Below, one piece after another: positions 38,296-51,399 of a stretch of 64,000 bases of DNA (the stretch's first letter is position 1; the number at the start of each line of letters is the position of its first letter). The stretch lies in NCBI RefSeq assembly GCF_006345805.1, contig NC_043009.1, positions 35,774,001-35,838,000 of the forward strand, given 5' to 3'. Position numbers and translations under genes: made by a program. The notes below the pieces were generated by a model. It was not told where the DNA came from and did not search any database. It was given only the letters and a program-made list of their open reading frames with translations. This stretch comes from Octopus sinensis. Lineage: Eukaryota.

Positions 38296-39660
38296 ATATA
38301 TACGTTTAAATATTTGTTGTGCAAGATTTTTATTGGCTAAACTGGCAATATGACCTTCCGAAATAAACATATATATATACATATATATAATGAGGTAGTG
38401 TAATGTGCTCGAATAGATTAATAAACTGCAAATCTGAGTAACCGTTTTTGTGACGTCTTTGCAGCTGTATTAATAAAGTATACGTTATTAATATATATAC
38501 ACTTTGTGTGTATATGTATATGTGTGTGCGTGTGGTGTGTGTGAATATACATACATACATAAATACAAATATGTATATATAAGATAGATAGAGAGAGAGA
38601 CCGAGGCTGGAGAGATAGACATATATATATATATATATTATATATATATATATATATAATATTATATTATATATATTATATATATAGGTTGCATACATTT
38701 ACATAATCATACATGTGTATATACATGGATGTACATATTTATGTATATATGTATATATTTATGTACATAAGCAAGTATGTTTGTATGTGAATACATATAC
38801 ATATTGCGTTATGCAATTCTTTATTTTTATATACCTGCTTTATTCCTCATTTATTTCCGTACCATACATATGAAATACATACACATCGATGGACAATTTG
38901 AAATGATTCCACCATAAAACAGAGACATTCAGTCCCAACAGTAAATTTTTTATTGGAAATACTGTAGCTATGTTCATTTGAAAAGGTAAAATGAAAGCTC
39001 TATTTACATACATACATACGTACTATGTATGTATGTATGTATGTATGTATGTATGTATGTATGTATGTATGTATGTATGTATGTATGTATGTATGCATGT
39101 ATGTATGTATGTATTATGTATGTATGTATACAAACACGCACGTACGCACACACACTCAGTCACATACACACACATACTCACACACACACACCACACACAA
39201 CAGAATTTCGATTATGTATGTAATTAATTTCGACATCTCATTCATTCGATTGCGACATAACTCGAAACAATTGGCCAGACAGTCGTCAGATAATTTTATG
39301 TTGAATCCAATAATTTTCCCTGATTTTCCATTCTTCCATCTACAGAAAGTCGCTGCGTTTCGACGTAGACGTACCATACAGACACAAAAATAACATGAAA
39401 TGCGTACGCATACACTTACACTTACACGCATGTGTCTGTATGCGTGTGTGTGTGTTTGCTTTCTTATTACGCAATCATTTGTTAAATATTTCAATAATTT
39501 CTCATTTATCCACATAATATATATCTGTATTAAATATATGTAAATCGATCATGGTTTTTCAAAGGTGCTTTTTGTTATGGCATCTGTTGTTGCTTGTTCA
39601 GGCAACCTCATAAACCGATAGCAGAAATTTTAAATAAAAGTATGAAAAGTAGTAAAGTGT

Positions 39661-39823
39661 GGCAGGAGTGCGTGTGTTGTAAGAAGCTTGCTTCCCAACC
39701 ACATGGTTCCGGGCTCAATCGCAATGCATGGCACCTTGGGGATGTGTCTTCTACTATAGATTCGGACCGGCCAAAGCCTTATGAGTAAATTTGGTAGACG
39801 GAAACCAAAAGAAGCCCGTCGTC

Positions 39824-39862
<39 letters not shown>

Positions 39863-39980
39863 TTTTGTGTGTATGTGCGCGCGTGCGCAACTGTGTATGT
39901 GTATTTGTATTTCTGTGTTTGTCCCCCACCATCGGTTGACAATCGATGCTGGTGTGTTGACGTCCCCATAACTTAGCCGT
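39661..39980 (+). mobile_element. SINE family A, 3'-truncated
   Basis: GGCAGGAGTGCGTGTGTTGTAAGAAGCTTGCTTCCCAACCACATGGTTCCGGG...GAAGCCCGTCG-(TA)n(TG)n-...CCCCATAACTTAGC. Confidence 0.85.
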
Positions 39981-40442
39981 TATCGCTAAGAAGAATTTCG
40001 AGAAATTCTGTGTATAAGACATACAGAATGTGTCTTTTGATTTCATTTGTATGAATTAAGCAAAAAGCTGTTTTTGAAGAATAAATGGTACAAATAATTT
40101 TGAGAATCGAAATCTTTTATCATATCTATTCAATGAATCGACCGTTAGCATCAATGGAAGCTTCAAAACTGGGTCAGAAGCGTTAACATACTCGAATCAG
40201 AGGATCTTTATCAAATTTGGAAATAGTCTTGATTAGGGCAGATTTGGGAGATTGCATGCTTTGTTTGACCTCACTCGGCTACTTCATATGCGTAAAAGTG
40301 GACTGAGGTCTGTCGAGCTTTGTGTCTTGGAGAACAGGATCATGAGGTTGGTTTGCATCCACATTTTGGTTGTGTTACTCTTAGGAGACGGTGCAGTCAT
40401 GATGGAAGGCGTACGCTTTTCTGTTCCGTATTTAGGCTACCC

Positions 40443-41578
40443 AGATAGACCGAAGAACACGTAAATTAATGACAATGAACTGCACCCCAAGTGTGATGTG
40501 TCAAGATTTTATGTAATGATGAAAGAAGGAGGACGAGGATTGGTGTGTTGTAAAGGTTGGGTAAGGGAAGAGGGGAATCGCCTGGCTTGGTATGTCAAGG
40601 GGAGTAAAGAAGAAATGATTGAAGCAGTGAAAATGCAGGGAACTTTAAAAGTGAACGAAGCCGTAGATCCAACACAATTTAAGGAAGACCAGAGAGAGCA
40701 GATGAAGAAAATTTGGCAGGACAAGAAAATGCACAGTCAGTTTTTGACGAATGTAGATGAGATTGATTGGAATAGAACCTAGCAATGGCTGCAGAAATAA
40801 GATTTAAAAGGGCCCACTGAGGAATTAGTGTGCGGCGCTCAAGAACAAGCTCTCAAAACCAACTCCTCCAAATTTCACATTTATAAAAGCACCGAATCGC
40901 CATAGTATAGGATGTGCTCTAAGAAGGAACAAAGTATAAGCCATATATATTGTTAGTGAGTACTGTAAGCTCGCACAACGCGAGTACAAAAGGAGACACG
41001 ACAATGTGTCCAGATATGTCCACTGGCTGTTGTGCGGTAAAGCTATCCTAGAGCCGAACACAAGCCAGAGGGAGTAATGGAAAACGAACATTACAAAATA
41101 CTCTGGGATTTTAACATGCAGTGCGACTAAGTTTGAGATGACCAGGTATCGTACTCATCGATAAAGATGAAAACGAACTAAAGATAATAGGTGTTGCAAT
41201 ACCAGGCGATTCAATGGTGGAATGTAAGGAAACAGAAACGATTGAGAAATACGAGCCACTGTGAGACGAGATAGGAAAGTAATGGGGCATGAGGAAAATA
41301 ATGGTGATACCGGTGATAATTGGAGCATTAGGAGCAGCTTCCAAGGACTGTGAAAAATCTATTAAGAATATTGGAGCTGATGTCAGGCTCGAGGTGATCG
41401 AGAAGGCAGCATTATTGGATACAGTTCGCATTCTAAGGAGTGTATTTTCTCTTTGAGTCTCAGGAGAAGGCACTACTTGAAACCTTTGATGATTTGCTAT
41501 TGCCTGCTTTCAAGTAAAGCATAACTGACAATTAAGAACAATCTGGGAATCTTTCATAATAATAATAATAATAATAAT
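40443..41578 (+). mobile_element. R4/Dong-type RLE non-LTR retrotransposon, 5'-truncated, ending in (AAT)n
   Basis: IDRRTRKLMTM..HPKCDVSRFYV..KEGGRGL; WQDKKMHSQF; AQEQALKT; degenerate CCHC knuckle then YKRRHDNV; ILWDF; RPGIVLIDK...IIGVAIP...EKY (RLE); VIPVIIGALG; KAALLDTVRILRSVF*; then 3' UTR and AAT repeats. Confidence 0.88.
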
Positions 41579-41581
41579 AGT

Positions 41582-41765
41582 TTCAAATTTTGCCACAGCG
41601 GCAGCAATTATGGGGCAGTAGCTGAGTCGATTACATCGACACCACTTTTCAACTGTTGCTTATTTTATCGATCCCTCAGCGAAATTGCAACTCAGAACGT
41701 AGAGACGGGCGAAATACCGCTAAGCATTTTGCTCGGTGTGCTAATAATTCTGCTATCTCACCGTG
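41582..41765 (-). mobile_element. SINE family B
   Basis: TTTCAAATTTTGCCACAGCGGCAGCAA...GTCGATTACATCGAC...CTCAGAACGTAGAGACGGGCGAAATACCGCTAAGCATTT; lies between AAT runs. Confidence 0.8.
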
Positions 41766-41768
41766 TTA

Positions 41769-41828
<60 letters not shown>

Positions 41829-41834
41829 TATAAT

Positions 41835-42384
41835 AGATGCAGTACCAGGCAGTGGCTCTCATGGCTTCTGATCTTAACTGACTGGAAGTGTTATCATGTA
41901 CATTGTTTTGTCTTGGTATAAAAGATGGGCTACAGCAAATATTCTGCTCAATACCACAGGTTTGCTTGTCAGTTGTTTGACCTTAACCAGTTGAGCATGT
42001 CCCTTAGTGGCTGACGATATGTGCATCTCTGATCACGAGCAGAAGTAGTGGGGGAGCATCATGGCCATGTGTTGAGAGGGATTCTTTGGAGTTTGAATGG
42101 TTCACCTCTGGAAACATAGGTGTTTCGTTCAACATCCTAAAGCAACCCTTATTCAGGGACCGTTTGAGCAGGATGGGCTACTCAACCTGAAGAAAATTCT
42201 AACTGGGCCCCACCTGCAAGGTCATGTGTTGTTTATCTTGATATGAGATCACCATGTCGCGCACATATGGTTGTGATGCATGTGCCTGGTGTACCTTTAT
42301 CAGACGGGTAGTCATGATGGGTATATTGGGCTTCGTATATTTTACCCCAGTGTCACTTTGATGGCATGAACTGCTCTCTCACTC

Positions 42385-42385
<1 letters not shown>
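41835..42385 (+). mobile_element. ~550-bp non-coding repeat family D with (AAT)n on both sides
   Basis: Homologous reverse-complement copies lie at 49358-49650 and 57028-57432. It has no ORF, no evident Pol III boxes and no TIRs. Confidence 0.8.
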
Positions 42386-42432
<47 letters not shown>

Positions 42433-43378
42433 TTTAATAGTAATGTGTTTATGTGTTTGTGATGTTAGAAGAAAGAGTACTCAAATGCTGGAAGCAGGGT
42501 ATAAATTATCATTCATACAGTCAAGTCCAGTATTCTATGGTCGACACTTTGTTTTCCCTTTCGTAACAGAAACCCAAGGAAATCCTGATTTATCATTGTC
42601 AAAACCGATGAAGAACTATTCGCCTTTTTAATGGATTGCTTCATAGCAATTATGACAGAGGTAGGAAGAAAGAAAGAAAGAATGGTTTGTAAATGAATGC
42701 AAAAGCAGACTAGAAGTGTGGAATGAAAATATAGATTCTAGTAATATTTAATGAAAGGCTGTAAATATTTATTTAAAATATTGAAAGTGTGTATAAGTGA
42801 AACAGTCATGTGAATAATTTATTCTTTTATTTTTTACCCAGAATATCAGAAAAAATCACTTTGGCAGTGCAATAACTATGTGAGAGACACTTATGCGATA
42901 TTAAATGTGTGAAGTCAAAAATATAAAACATGCTTTTATTTCATTATATTTCGCATTTAGTAGAGACTCGTGCACGGTTGGTTGTATACTCCTTATGGAA
43001 CAGTCTCTAGTTCCCTGCAGATAACTGAAAGTGTTAGAGGAACTTCGAGCTGGACAAATATCAGGGAAATGCCATATGACTGGATCTGTTATATGCAATA
43101 CAGTGATTTAAAACGCTTACATAAACCGATATCATCCAAGCAGTTAGTTCCCACTTACTCCCTTGTGGTGTATTTAAAATGTGAAAACAATATATTAGAA
43201 AGATTAAAGCACCACAGATCTGCAATAACTTTTTCAACTGACAAAATTCGATTGAATTTCACAGGCAGGTAACTCTCCCTTAATAGTAAATCTGAAAGTA
43301 TTTGCAAAATGTGTATTTCGACTTTTGACATCCGATTTAAATAAGGGAAATGTGACAGTCTGATTTGATTTTTCCAAA

Positions 43379-43543
43379 TGGTGCAGGCGTGGTTATGTGG
43401 TAAGAAGCTTGCTTCCTAACCACATAGTTCCCAATTCAGTCAACTGTGTGGCACCTTGGGCATGTATCTTCTACTATAGCCTTCTGCCAACCAAAGTCTT
43501 GTAAGTGGATTTAGTAAACAGAAACTGAGAAGAAACACGTCGT

Positions 43544-43545
<2 letters not shown>
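43379..43545 (+). mobile_element. SINE family A 5' half
   Basis: GGTGCAGGCGTGGTTATGTGGTAAGAAGCTTGCTTCC...GGCACCTTGGGCATGTATCTTCTACTATAGCC...CGTCGTA followed by (TA)n. Confidence 0.85.
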
Positions 43546-43622
<77 letters not shown>

Positions 43623-43709
43623 ATGTATATATACATACATATATACATACATACATATATATAATCCATATATATATGCCTATATACATACATGCATGTA
43701 CATACATAC

Positions 43710-43777
<68 letters not shown>

Positions 43778-45039
43778 GCATATATGGGTACAGGATGTCA
43801 CAAAACGTAAACAACATGAAATACTGAAACACGGTTGAGTATGAAACAACGAGAGAAACAAACAAAAAACAAGACATAAATGAACTTTGGACTTCCAAGA
43901 CTGTAACTCAGCTGTTGTTGTTGTTGTTAATGTTAGAATATTTGTATCTGCAACTCCTATAGTTGTTTCTGTTGCTTAACTTGGAGTTGTATTACTGCAG
44001 CTAACTATTAATATGACACACAAATTGTCAAATGACCTACGTGAGCTTCGAAAAATCCTCGTCATCGGTTGTTATATCCTTTCGCCTCCAGTATCGTTGT
44101 ACGATTGATATTGTGGACGTGATATTCATTACGTGGTTTAAAAAGTTAGTTGAAGGTAGAGGTGATATAGAAGAGGAGAATTAAAAATATAATTTTAGCA
44201 GAGCGGTGATGTTCTGATGGTGATGTTAAAGAAAGGCAGGGAGAGAGGAGAGAAAGAAAGTAGCGAGAGAGAAAGAGTAATGACGGATGATGAGGGCGGT
44301 AGTGGTGGTGGTGGTGGTGGTGGTGGTGGTGGTGGTGGTGGTAAAATTTCCTATACAGAAGCGCATCGAAAGGTCTACTGTAGTGTTTGAACTCACGTTC
44401 TAGAGTAACAGAAATGAATGTTATATCCACTTCACCATTTCACTTTTCTCTTTTCCACATATAGCCTTCATTTTTAGGCCCGATGTATCAAAACCTCAAA
44501 AGATATTTTAAACCATTAAAGTTCTTAGGGATGTATTAGCGCACGTGAAAACAATAAATCATTGTCAATTGAAGCCGCCAAGGAGTTTGTCAAGTTGACC
44601 TTCGATGAATACACAAATAGAAACATGAAATATTGCTTCACAAAAGGTTTGTTTTTATAACGATAACTAATTGATAGACATTTTAAGAATATTAGACAGG
44701 TCTAAATAAAGCTATAAAAGAAACAAATACAATAAATAATAAACAAGACCACAACGTTCACATTTAGTTTGCTCGACAAAATGAGATGGAAATTACTGTT
44801 TCCGATCTGTTTAAATAAAACTGATAATTGATATCAACAACAAACGCTGACAATAATTTACAGAATTTTTTCACTTCCTCTTCACTTGGAACAAAATTTC
44901 AAGTCAAAGTCTAAACTATATATAACCCGTGGTGAGGGGAGTTATTACTAATTTTATAGCTTCAATGGCTCCCTGTTAGCGCAGTAACATGGATATAAAC
45001 GCATTAAAATGACGTGTCATACAGTCTTATTATACACAT

Positions 45040-45260
45040 GCTCACCACAAGCTAATGTGGACGCCTTGTTCACCACCCTAGAAATAGTAACCAAAAACCC
45101 TGCAAATTGCGCTATACTGTTTAAAGAAGGAAAGCTGTTATTAGATAATATGTTCCTCCAAATCTCTAAAGGTGGGATGGATACATCTAAAATGCTATCG
45201 ACTACAAGAAAAAAATCGTGATCAACACTTCGACTTTTCAAGCAGTCTTGACTGCCTGTT
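45040..45260 (+). repeat. old dispersed repeat (similar to 30540-30740 and 61010-61200)
   Basis: Shared scaffold of CTAGAAATAG/AAC..AA, A-rich middle, ATAAT.T..TC, GATG..AC...TAGAATGC. The copies are highly diverged and were aligned by eye only. Confidence 0.35.
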
Positions 45261-45589
45261 CACCTCCGCTCCCAATTTTTACTTATTTCTAAGTGGATTG
45301 CTTGATTACTGCACAAACATGCAAGAACACATTTCATAAATCCCTGTTGCACAAAAATACTAACCCTGGTTCAATCAATTCACCAGTTCCCTCGAGTACA
45401 TTTTACCACAAATTAATCTTTCTTTGAAATGGGGATCACTTGTGATCCACCTGAGACATCTTAGAGACAACCGAGACAACTAACCGCTCTAGTACTCACC
45501 TCCATATTGTCCTGACAACTAATACTCACAACTTTCAAACATATATGTAGTCGAGACACATCTATGTACGAATCCTGCTTACAACAAAG

Positions 45590-45712
45590 TTGCCAACTAC
45601 GAAAACCTAACTTCTCTGACCCTCGGCTTAACAAATTGACTTTTCTATTACAATTCAAACTTTGTGCTCCTGAGCTAGCTTCTATCATCACGTGACTGTT
45701 TGATCTATATCT
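45590..45712 (+). mobile_element. short LINE RT domain-0 remnant
   Basis: KLCAPELASIIT*LF matches the LKxCAPELAxxLxxLF pattern of CR1/L2-group ORF2. Confidence 0.4.
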
Positions 45713-46756
45713 CTCTTTTTCTTTCACTCTTTTCCTTTTTCTCTCTCTCTCATTCCCTTTCTATTGGTTACACTTGACGTTTTGTCATATTCCTAACTAA
45801 AGAAAATTTTCCAACCTTCCCAGATTCCAATATTATCTCTAAAACGAAACACTTAAAGACATCAACTCCATAAACTGGAACTCAGCCCTATCATATTACA
45901 AACTGTAAACCATTTAATTCGATTCCCTTCCATATTAACAAAAGTCATTAATATTACTAGCAGATGGCGGGGTTGTGTCTATATTAGATATCGAAATTAC
46001 GAAGAACAAACACTTGGGAATTATAGAACTATCTACTAGCAGATTGTTACTTTTATTTATACGATGGTTTGCTATCCATTCTCTTCCATTTTAAATTGAT
46101 GCAACAAAATTTGATCAAAAAGAAAGCACATCGAATTAATCGATAAATATTATTTGATAACTGTTAAAGAAATTCAAAGTAAAATTATTTAACTGATAAT
46201 TATATGCTAATTGATTCAGTAAATTTCATAGATATGACTGTAAGAATAGAAATCAATAGCAATAGTGATAACATAATTTTCCTATAATTTCACAGAATAA
46301 CATGAATATAGATGTCAAAATCTACAAAATCTGGAAAAAATAATCATCTCGATATTATAAATATAGAGATGTAGAATTAAGTGTATCATAAAACATAAAA
46401 TCAATTCACGGGGACAGAAAAAAATCACAAGTATCGGTTAACTTGAATACAATAGAATCACAGAATTAAGCTTTAGGTAGTAGAAAAAAATTACAAAATA
46501 AATATAAAAAAAGAGTTATTGATACACGATGATTCGCTCTTCGGTATACAAATATTCAAAAGAACGGAATCAATTTACATTTTTCATTTCGTAACACACT
46601 GGGTGGTAAATATACAATTAATTTTATGTGAGAACAGCAAATAAGTAGGATACAACGACACTAAAGTTTAGCGATAGGTCAGATAAAACACATGGAGTAT
46701 TTGATACACAAAATGAATAATGTATTGTAACATTATACATACAGACTGAAATATAT

Positions 46757-46937
46757 TCTTTTCTACTCTAGGCACAACGCCCGAAATTTTGGGGGAGGTG
46801 GCCAGTTGATTACATCGACCGCAGTATGCAACTGGTGCTTAACTTATCGACCCCAAAAAGCAAAGTCGTACTCGCCGGAATTTGAACTCAGAACATAAAG
46901 ACAGACGAAATACCGTTTTGGCTAGCTCGCCGCCTTG
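46757..46937 (-). mobile_element. SINE family B (internal deletion)
   Basis: TTTCTACTCTAGGCACAACGCCCGAAATTTTGGGGGAGG...ATTACATCGAC...GGAATTTGAACTCAGAAC...AGCTCGCCGCC. Confidence 0.85.
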
Positions 46938-46939
46938 AT

Positions 46940-47195
46940 AAATGTTGTCACATTATGTACATATCCTGATATAACTTTGTAGTCTCTTTATAAACACTGA
47001 CATAAAATAATGTGGCAGTTTATGTACACATTGATGAAATATTGTGGCAGTTTATGTACACATTGATGAAATATTGTGGCAGTGTGTATACACATTGAGA
47101 AACATTGTGGCATTTTAAATACACACTAATAAAATATTGTAACATATTATACACGCACTAATAAAATATACTCTGACATATTGTAAATACACGGC
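46940..47195. repeat. ~32-bp minisatellite
   Basis: Unit ATATTGTGGCAGTTTATGTACACATTGATGAA, with two near-identical copies and several decaying ones. Confidence 0.85.
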
Positions 47196-49254
47196 TTAAA
47201 AATATTCCAAGCAAAAATTGAAAGAAAAATATTTTCACTCATAAATGAATCTTTTGATTGCGATAACGGAGTTCTCTTAATTCCTTCCAATCAAAATATT
47301 GATAATATATTTAATAGTATTTATTCATGTTCTGACTTTAAGTCTAGACCGATTTAACTCTTCTAAATTTCACGTTCTATAAAACAAATGCCAGTCAAAT
47401 ATTAGGATCGACAGAATGTATTCTTTCCAAACATAGGCTGCCTTATGCCTAACTCATCAGTTCATGTTTGTATTGAAAGGTCCGTATATTAAAAAAATAT
47501 CTGAATATTATCCTGTAGGATATAATTTGTTATGTAACATTATGCAACTTATGCTTCTCTTGAGATAAGAAATCTTCACATGCTACCCTGACTTACATTT
47601 TAGTTATCTTTTCAGAGCAATAATACTCTGTTTTAGAAACAACAATACGCTTTCTGTGCGTAGTATATTTCTGTGTGAAATACTCAACCGTAATTAGAGC
47701 TTCTTCTTCAATATTTAGTTTTTACGCAAAGGATTTTCAACGAATTATCAACAGAATCCACGTTTTTCATATTATTTTCCATGGTCCCTTCAATTTCTGT
47801 TTTCATTTCTCTAAATTGCAATAAAGAAAACCGCTCGCAGCTGGTTCTGTTGCTTTAATTTCGTTTCCTGTTGTTGATATTAATATTCCCTATGTTCTAG
47901 TAATTGCAGCCTCATCTCAGCTCTTGCAAGCATCACTTCAAAAAGCATTGATTTTCAATAGCTTTCCATCATATAGAATATAACCCACGCAACACTATTA
48001 TTATGATTACCATTGCAAACTGTCTTTAGAGAGTATTTGCGTTCCTTTTGTAATTATTCTTTGCTACTTCTCCAAATAATTCATTTTGCGTAAGTTATAC
48101 CTCAAAAGAATTATATAAGAATCAGAAAATCACCTTTAAGTCCTCCCATATCATTTACTACAGAAAACCTGAGAGTCGGACAACATATTTTGTGGCATTT
48201 TATTACAGCTCTTTACGTTCTAAATTTAAACCACACAAGATCAATTTTGCACTTCATCTCTGCGGAGTAAAATACCCTACTGGAGTTGAGATATCGAATG
48301 GACTTTGACTCTAGTTTCAGGTTTTGGCGAGCTGACTCGAGGCGACAAACTTGCAAAGTCGTTAGAGCATCATCGGAAAAAAATATTTCGCAGTATTTGT
48401 CCCAATTCTTCATGATCTAATTTCAAACCCTACTACAATGAACTTTGACTTTCATCCCTGCCGGGTCGATATTAGTTGCTCTCACTAATCCCAGTAGAAG
48501 TCACCTAATAATATGGATATCAACTAACGTCTAACCTCAAAATTGCTGGCGCTGTGCCTTAATCAGAAACCTTTTTTCTTTTAATTGTTATTAACAATTA
48601 TATACCTGCTTCTAGTATTTCTGAGATTTGTACAGTATTGCGTTTTGAAGTGTTAGCTTCTTTTTGATCAGTTTTACTTTGTTACAGTGTTTGGCCATTT
48701 GATCTTGATAGTATTCTATTATTTCTTCTGTCATATTATTTATGTGATATCATGTAGTGTCAGCTGATGATTATGTTGCAGGTGTTGTGTCATTTTATTT
48801 TGTGGTGACAGTGTATGAGATGCACAGGTTGCGATTAGTTCCTTAATGCGCTGTATATACGTTGTGTGAAGAAAGCGAGCTGTTTGAACTGTGTTATTGA
48901 ACTGAATTGATCTTGTGATGAATGGGAATCGTTCCAAATAGCGTCACTACTTAGAGTATAGAATAATATTGTAAACATTGCCAACTTGATCGCTGAGGAG
49001 AATACATTCGGAGTTGGTAAGGGCGGGATGTCAGAAATGATGTAGTCAATTGTCTCATTGTACGGGCTGCTGAAACGGAACATGTTTTTATATTTTTACA
49101 GTTATTCGTCACTGGCCATTGACGTTGTGCAGATTCTGCTAAACGTTGTCTACGTTTAATACAAAGTTATCGAATCAATTTTGAGATTCATTATAGTTTC
49201 CATTATTTCGATCAAACTTTATGATTATTGCTCATAAATTGACATTTGTCAATA

Positions 49255-49355
49255 TATTTTAAGCCCATATTTCTGCTGAACGCAGATTATAAGATTTGGA
49301 CGAAGACGTTAGCCAAGGGGTTTAGCGCTTGTCGTCGGTAATTTTGTCTGTGACG
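49255..49355 (+). mobile_element. L1/Tx1-type RT domain-1 remnant
   Basis: KPIFLLNADYKIWTKTLAK.LALVV matches RPIxLLNxDYKIxAKxLAxRL. Confidence 0.55.
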
Positions 49356-49357
49356 TA

Positions 49358-49648
49358 CCCATGATTTCTGGGGTGAATTATTCAAACCCCAAAGAATTTC
49401 TTTCAACACATGGCTATAATGCTCCACCAATACTTCTGCTCGTGATTAGAGAGTGACATATCGTCAGTCACTAAGGGACACGCTCAACTGGTTAAGCTCA
49501 AACAACTGACAAGAAAACATATGGTATTGAGCAGAATATTTGCTGTAGCCCATACCATGACAAAACATGTACATGATAACACTTCCAATCTGTTAATATC
49601 AAAGGGTATGAGAGCCAGTGTCTGGTTTTGCAACACGGCAATTTGGCA

Positions 49649-49650
<2 letters not shown>
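49358..49650 (-). mobile_element. family D, 5' part
   Basis: Reverse complement of about 41835-42120 (GGGCTACAGCAAATATTCTGCTCAATACCA; CCCTTAGTG.CTGACGATATG); abuts (ATT)n. Confidence 0.8.
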
Positions 49651-49699
<49 letters not shown>

Positions 49700-49704
<5 letters not shown>

Positions 49705-50127
49705 TTGCCTTTGGCTTTGTATTTGTGCAAGTTGACTCCAAGTCTCACCCAGAAACCTCAAGAAATAGCAAGTTAGAAGTTCAAGTTGTCACTATGACTT
49801 GAGTGCCATATTTTTGGTTTTGCACAAAGTACTGTTCTTGAAAAGGGCTGTGAAAACATAGGGAACTTAAAAGTAGTTCGATTAAAAGACGATAGTGTGA
49901 TGTTAAGATGACAGTAGAATGTGTTTGTTATTATGTACATTTAAAAGTATTTTGGCAGTTTACAGATATATATATTTTGGGTATTACATACACAATATTT
50001 TCCGTATGATATGAGCAGTTGCCATAAGCACTATCTTTTTAATTTCTTCCATCTTGGGATTTCCTGGTATCTGGGATAGGTGTAGCAATCAGCCCCTTTT
50101 GCTATCATTCCAAGGGCACTTATAACA
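49700..50127 (-). mobile_element. R4/Dong-type 3' end (family 1)
   Basis: VISALGMIAKGADCYTYPRYQEIP..KKIVLMATAHIIRKIL*; the 3' UTR is homologous to 56165-56360, with ATT runs on both sides. Confidence 0.8.
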
Positions 50128-50639
50128 ATAAATTATTATTATTATTATTATTATTATTATTGTTATTGTTGTTGTTGTTGTTGTTATTTGATAGCACGCC
50201 ATGGCATTTGCATGCATTGTGTGTTAGTTGTCAAAGAAACACGATGTTTATGTTTTATTTTCCTGCTGGAGATTTATTTAGTTTTTCGATTTTTACCTTT
50301 TGCTTGCTTCTCGTTAATATTTTTTCATATTTTGATTTTTGTTTTACCTAAGGGTTGTTTAGTTTTCCTTTGTTGCAGCAATCTTTTTATGGGCGGTTCT
50401 GAGAAGTAACGAAGCCATATTTTTCCTTTATGTTAGACAGTAGAATACGAAATAACGATGGAATTTTCTTTTTTTTTTTAATTAGCTTTTTGTCTAACTC
50501 CAGTGAGTGATAAGGCTTCAGAGTATTAAGTAAATCTCCTTGTGTAAAATAAAATCTAAAACAAAAAATATTTTTTCTTTCAGATACTCTTGTAATACAT
50601 CGATAAATATCGTAGTAGAGTTTTACCAAGTCTGACTAG

Positions 50640-50850
50640 ATGACGACGACGACGACGAAGAAAAAGAAGAAGAAGAAGAAGAAGAAGAAGAAGAAGAAGG
50701 AAAGGGGAAGGAGAAGGAGAAGGAGAAGAAGAAGGAGAAGAAGAAGAAGAAGGAGAGGAGAGGAGAAGAAGAAGGAGAAGAAGAAGAAGAAGAAGAAGAA
50801 GAAGAAGAAAAGGAGAGGAGAAGAGGAAGAAGGGGCAGAAGAAAAAGAAC
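50640..50850. repeat. purine-rich (GAA/GGA)n compound microsatellite
   Basis: Directly visible. Confidence 0.95.
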
Positions 50851-51399
50851 AGTAATAACAACAACAAAAGACAAAACTAAGGTGGGTGATAAGAGAAGAT
50901 TTAGGAATGATTTATTAATAGACATGTTTTACAAATACACAGTACATAGAATATCACTACTAACCATTACTACCCATTATATGTACCTAAGGCATATGCC
51001 CTCGTTTCTGCGGTAAAATTATGATGATGAAAACCGTAATTTATTTCCCACTAGCACCCATTTATTTCCCACTACAGAAAGATTAACAGGACGAGTGGAG
51101 ATTTACAATTATGTTGTTATATAAAAACAAGACAAGCTTAGAAACGTACACAATGTATATACAAGAACAATATTTTGATACAAATAACTGCAGAAAATAG
51201 ATAAACACATACATACTCAGATATACTTCCTTTTGCACATAAACGCACACGTACACACTCCCACACGCATACATTTATATATACATACAAATGTGTATGT
51301 GTGTGTGCGTGTGCATATACATACATAAACACATAGCTATAAAGGTAAAAAAAGCTATCATACGGGTGTGCATGCTTTATTGTTGACCAAGTAATATTT

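Noticed and set aside
42970-43272. 100-aa non-repetitive ORF, possible host exon
   Set aside because: No recognisable domain. The opposite strand has a weak FPDIC..FL.TLSV resemblance to a hAT dimerisation domain. Neither reading can be supported without a search.
46940-47195. 32-bp repeat of CRISPR-like length
   Set aside because: Units are contiguous with no unique spacers, there are no cas genes, and the context is eukaryotic.
50640-50855. Lys/Arg-rich protamine-like ORF
   Set aside because: It is a GAA/GGA microsatellite translation and has no ATG start.
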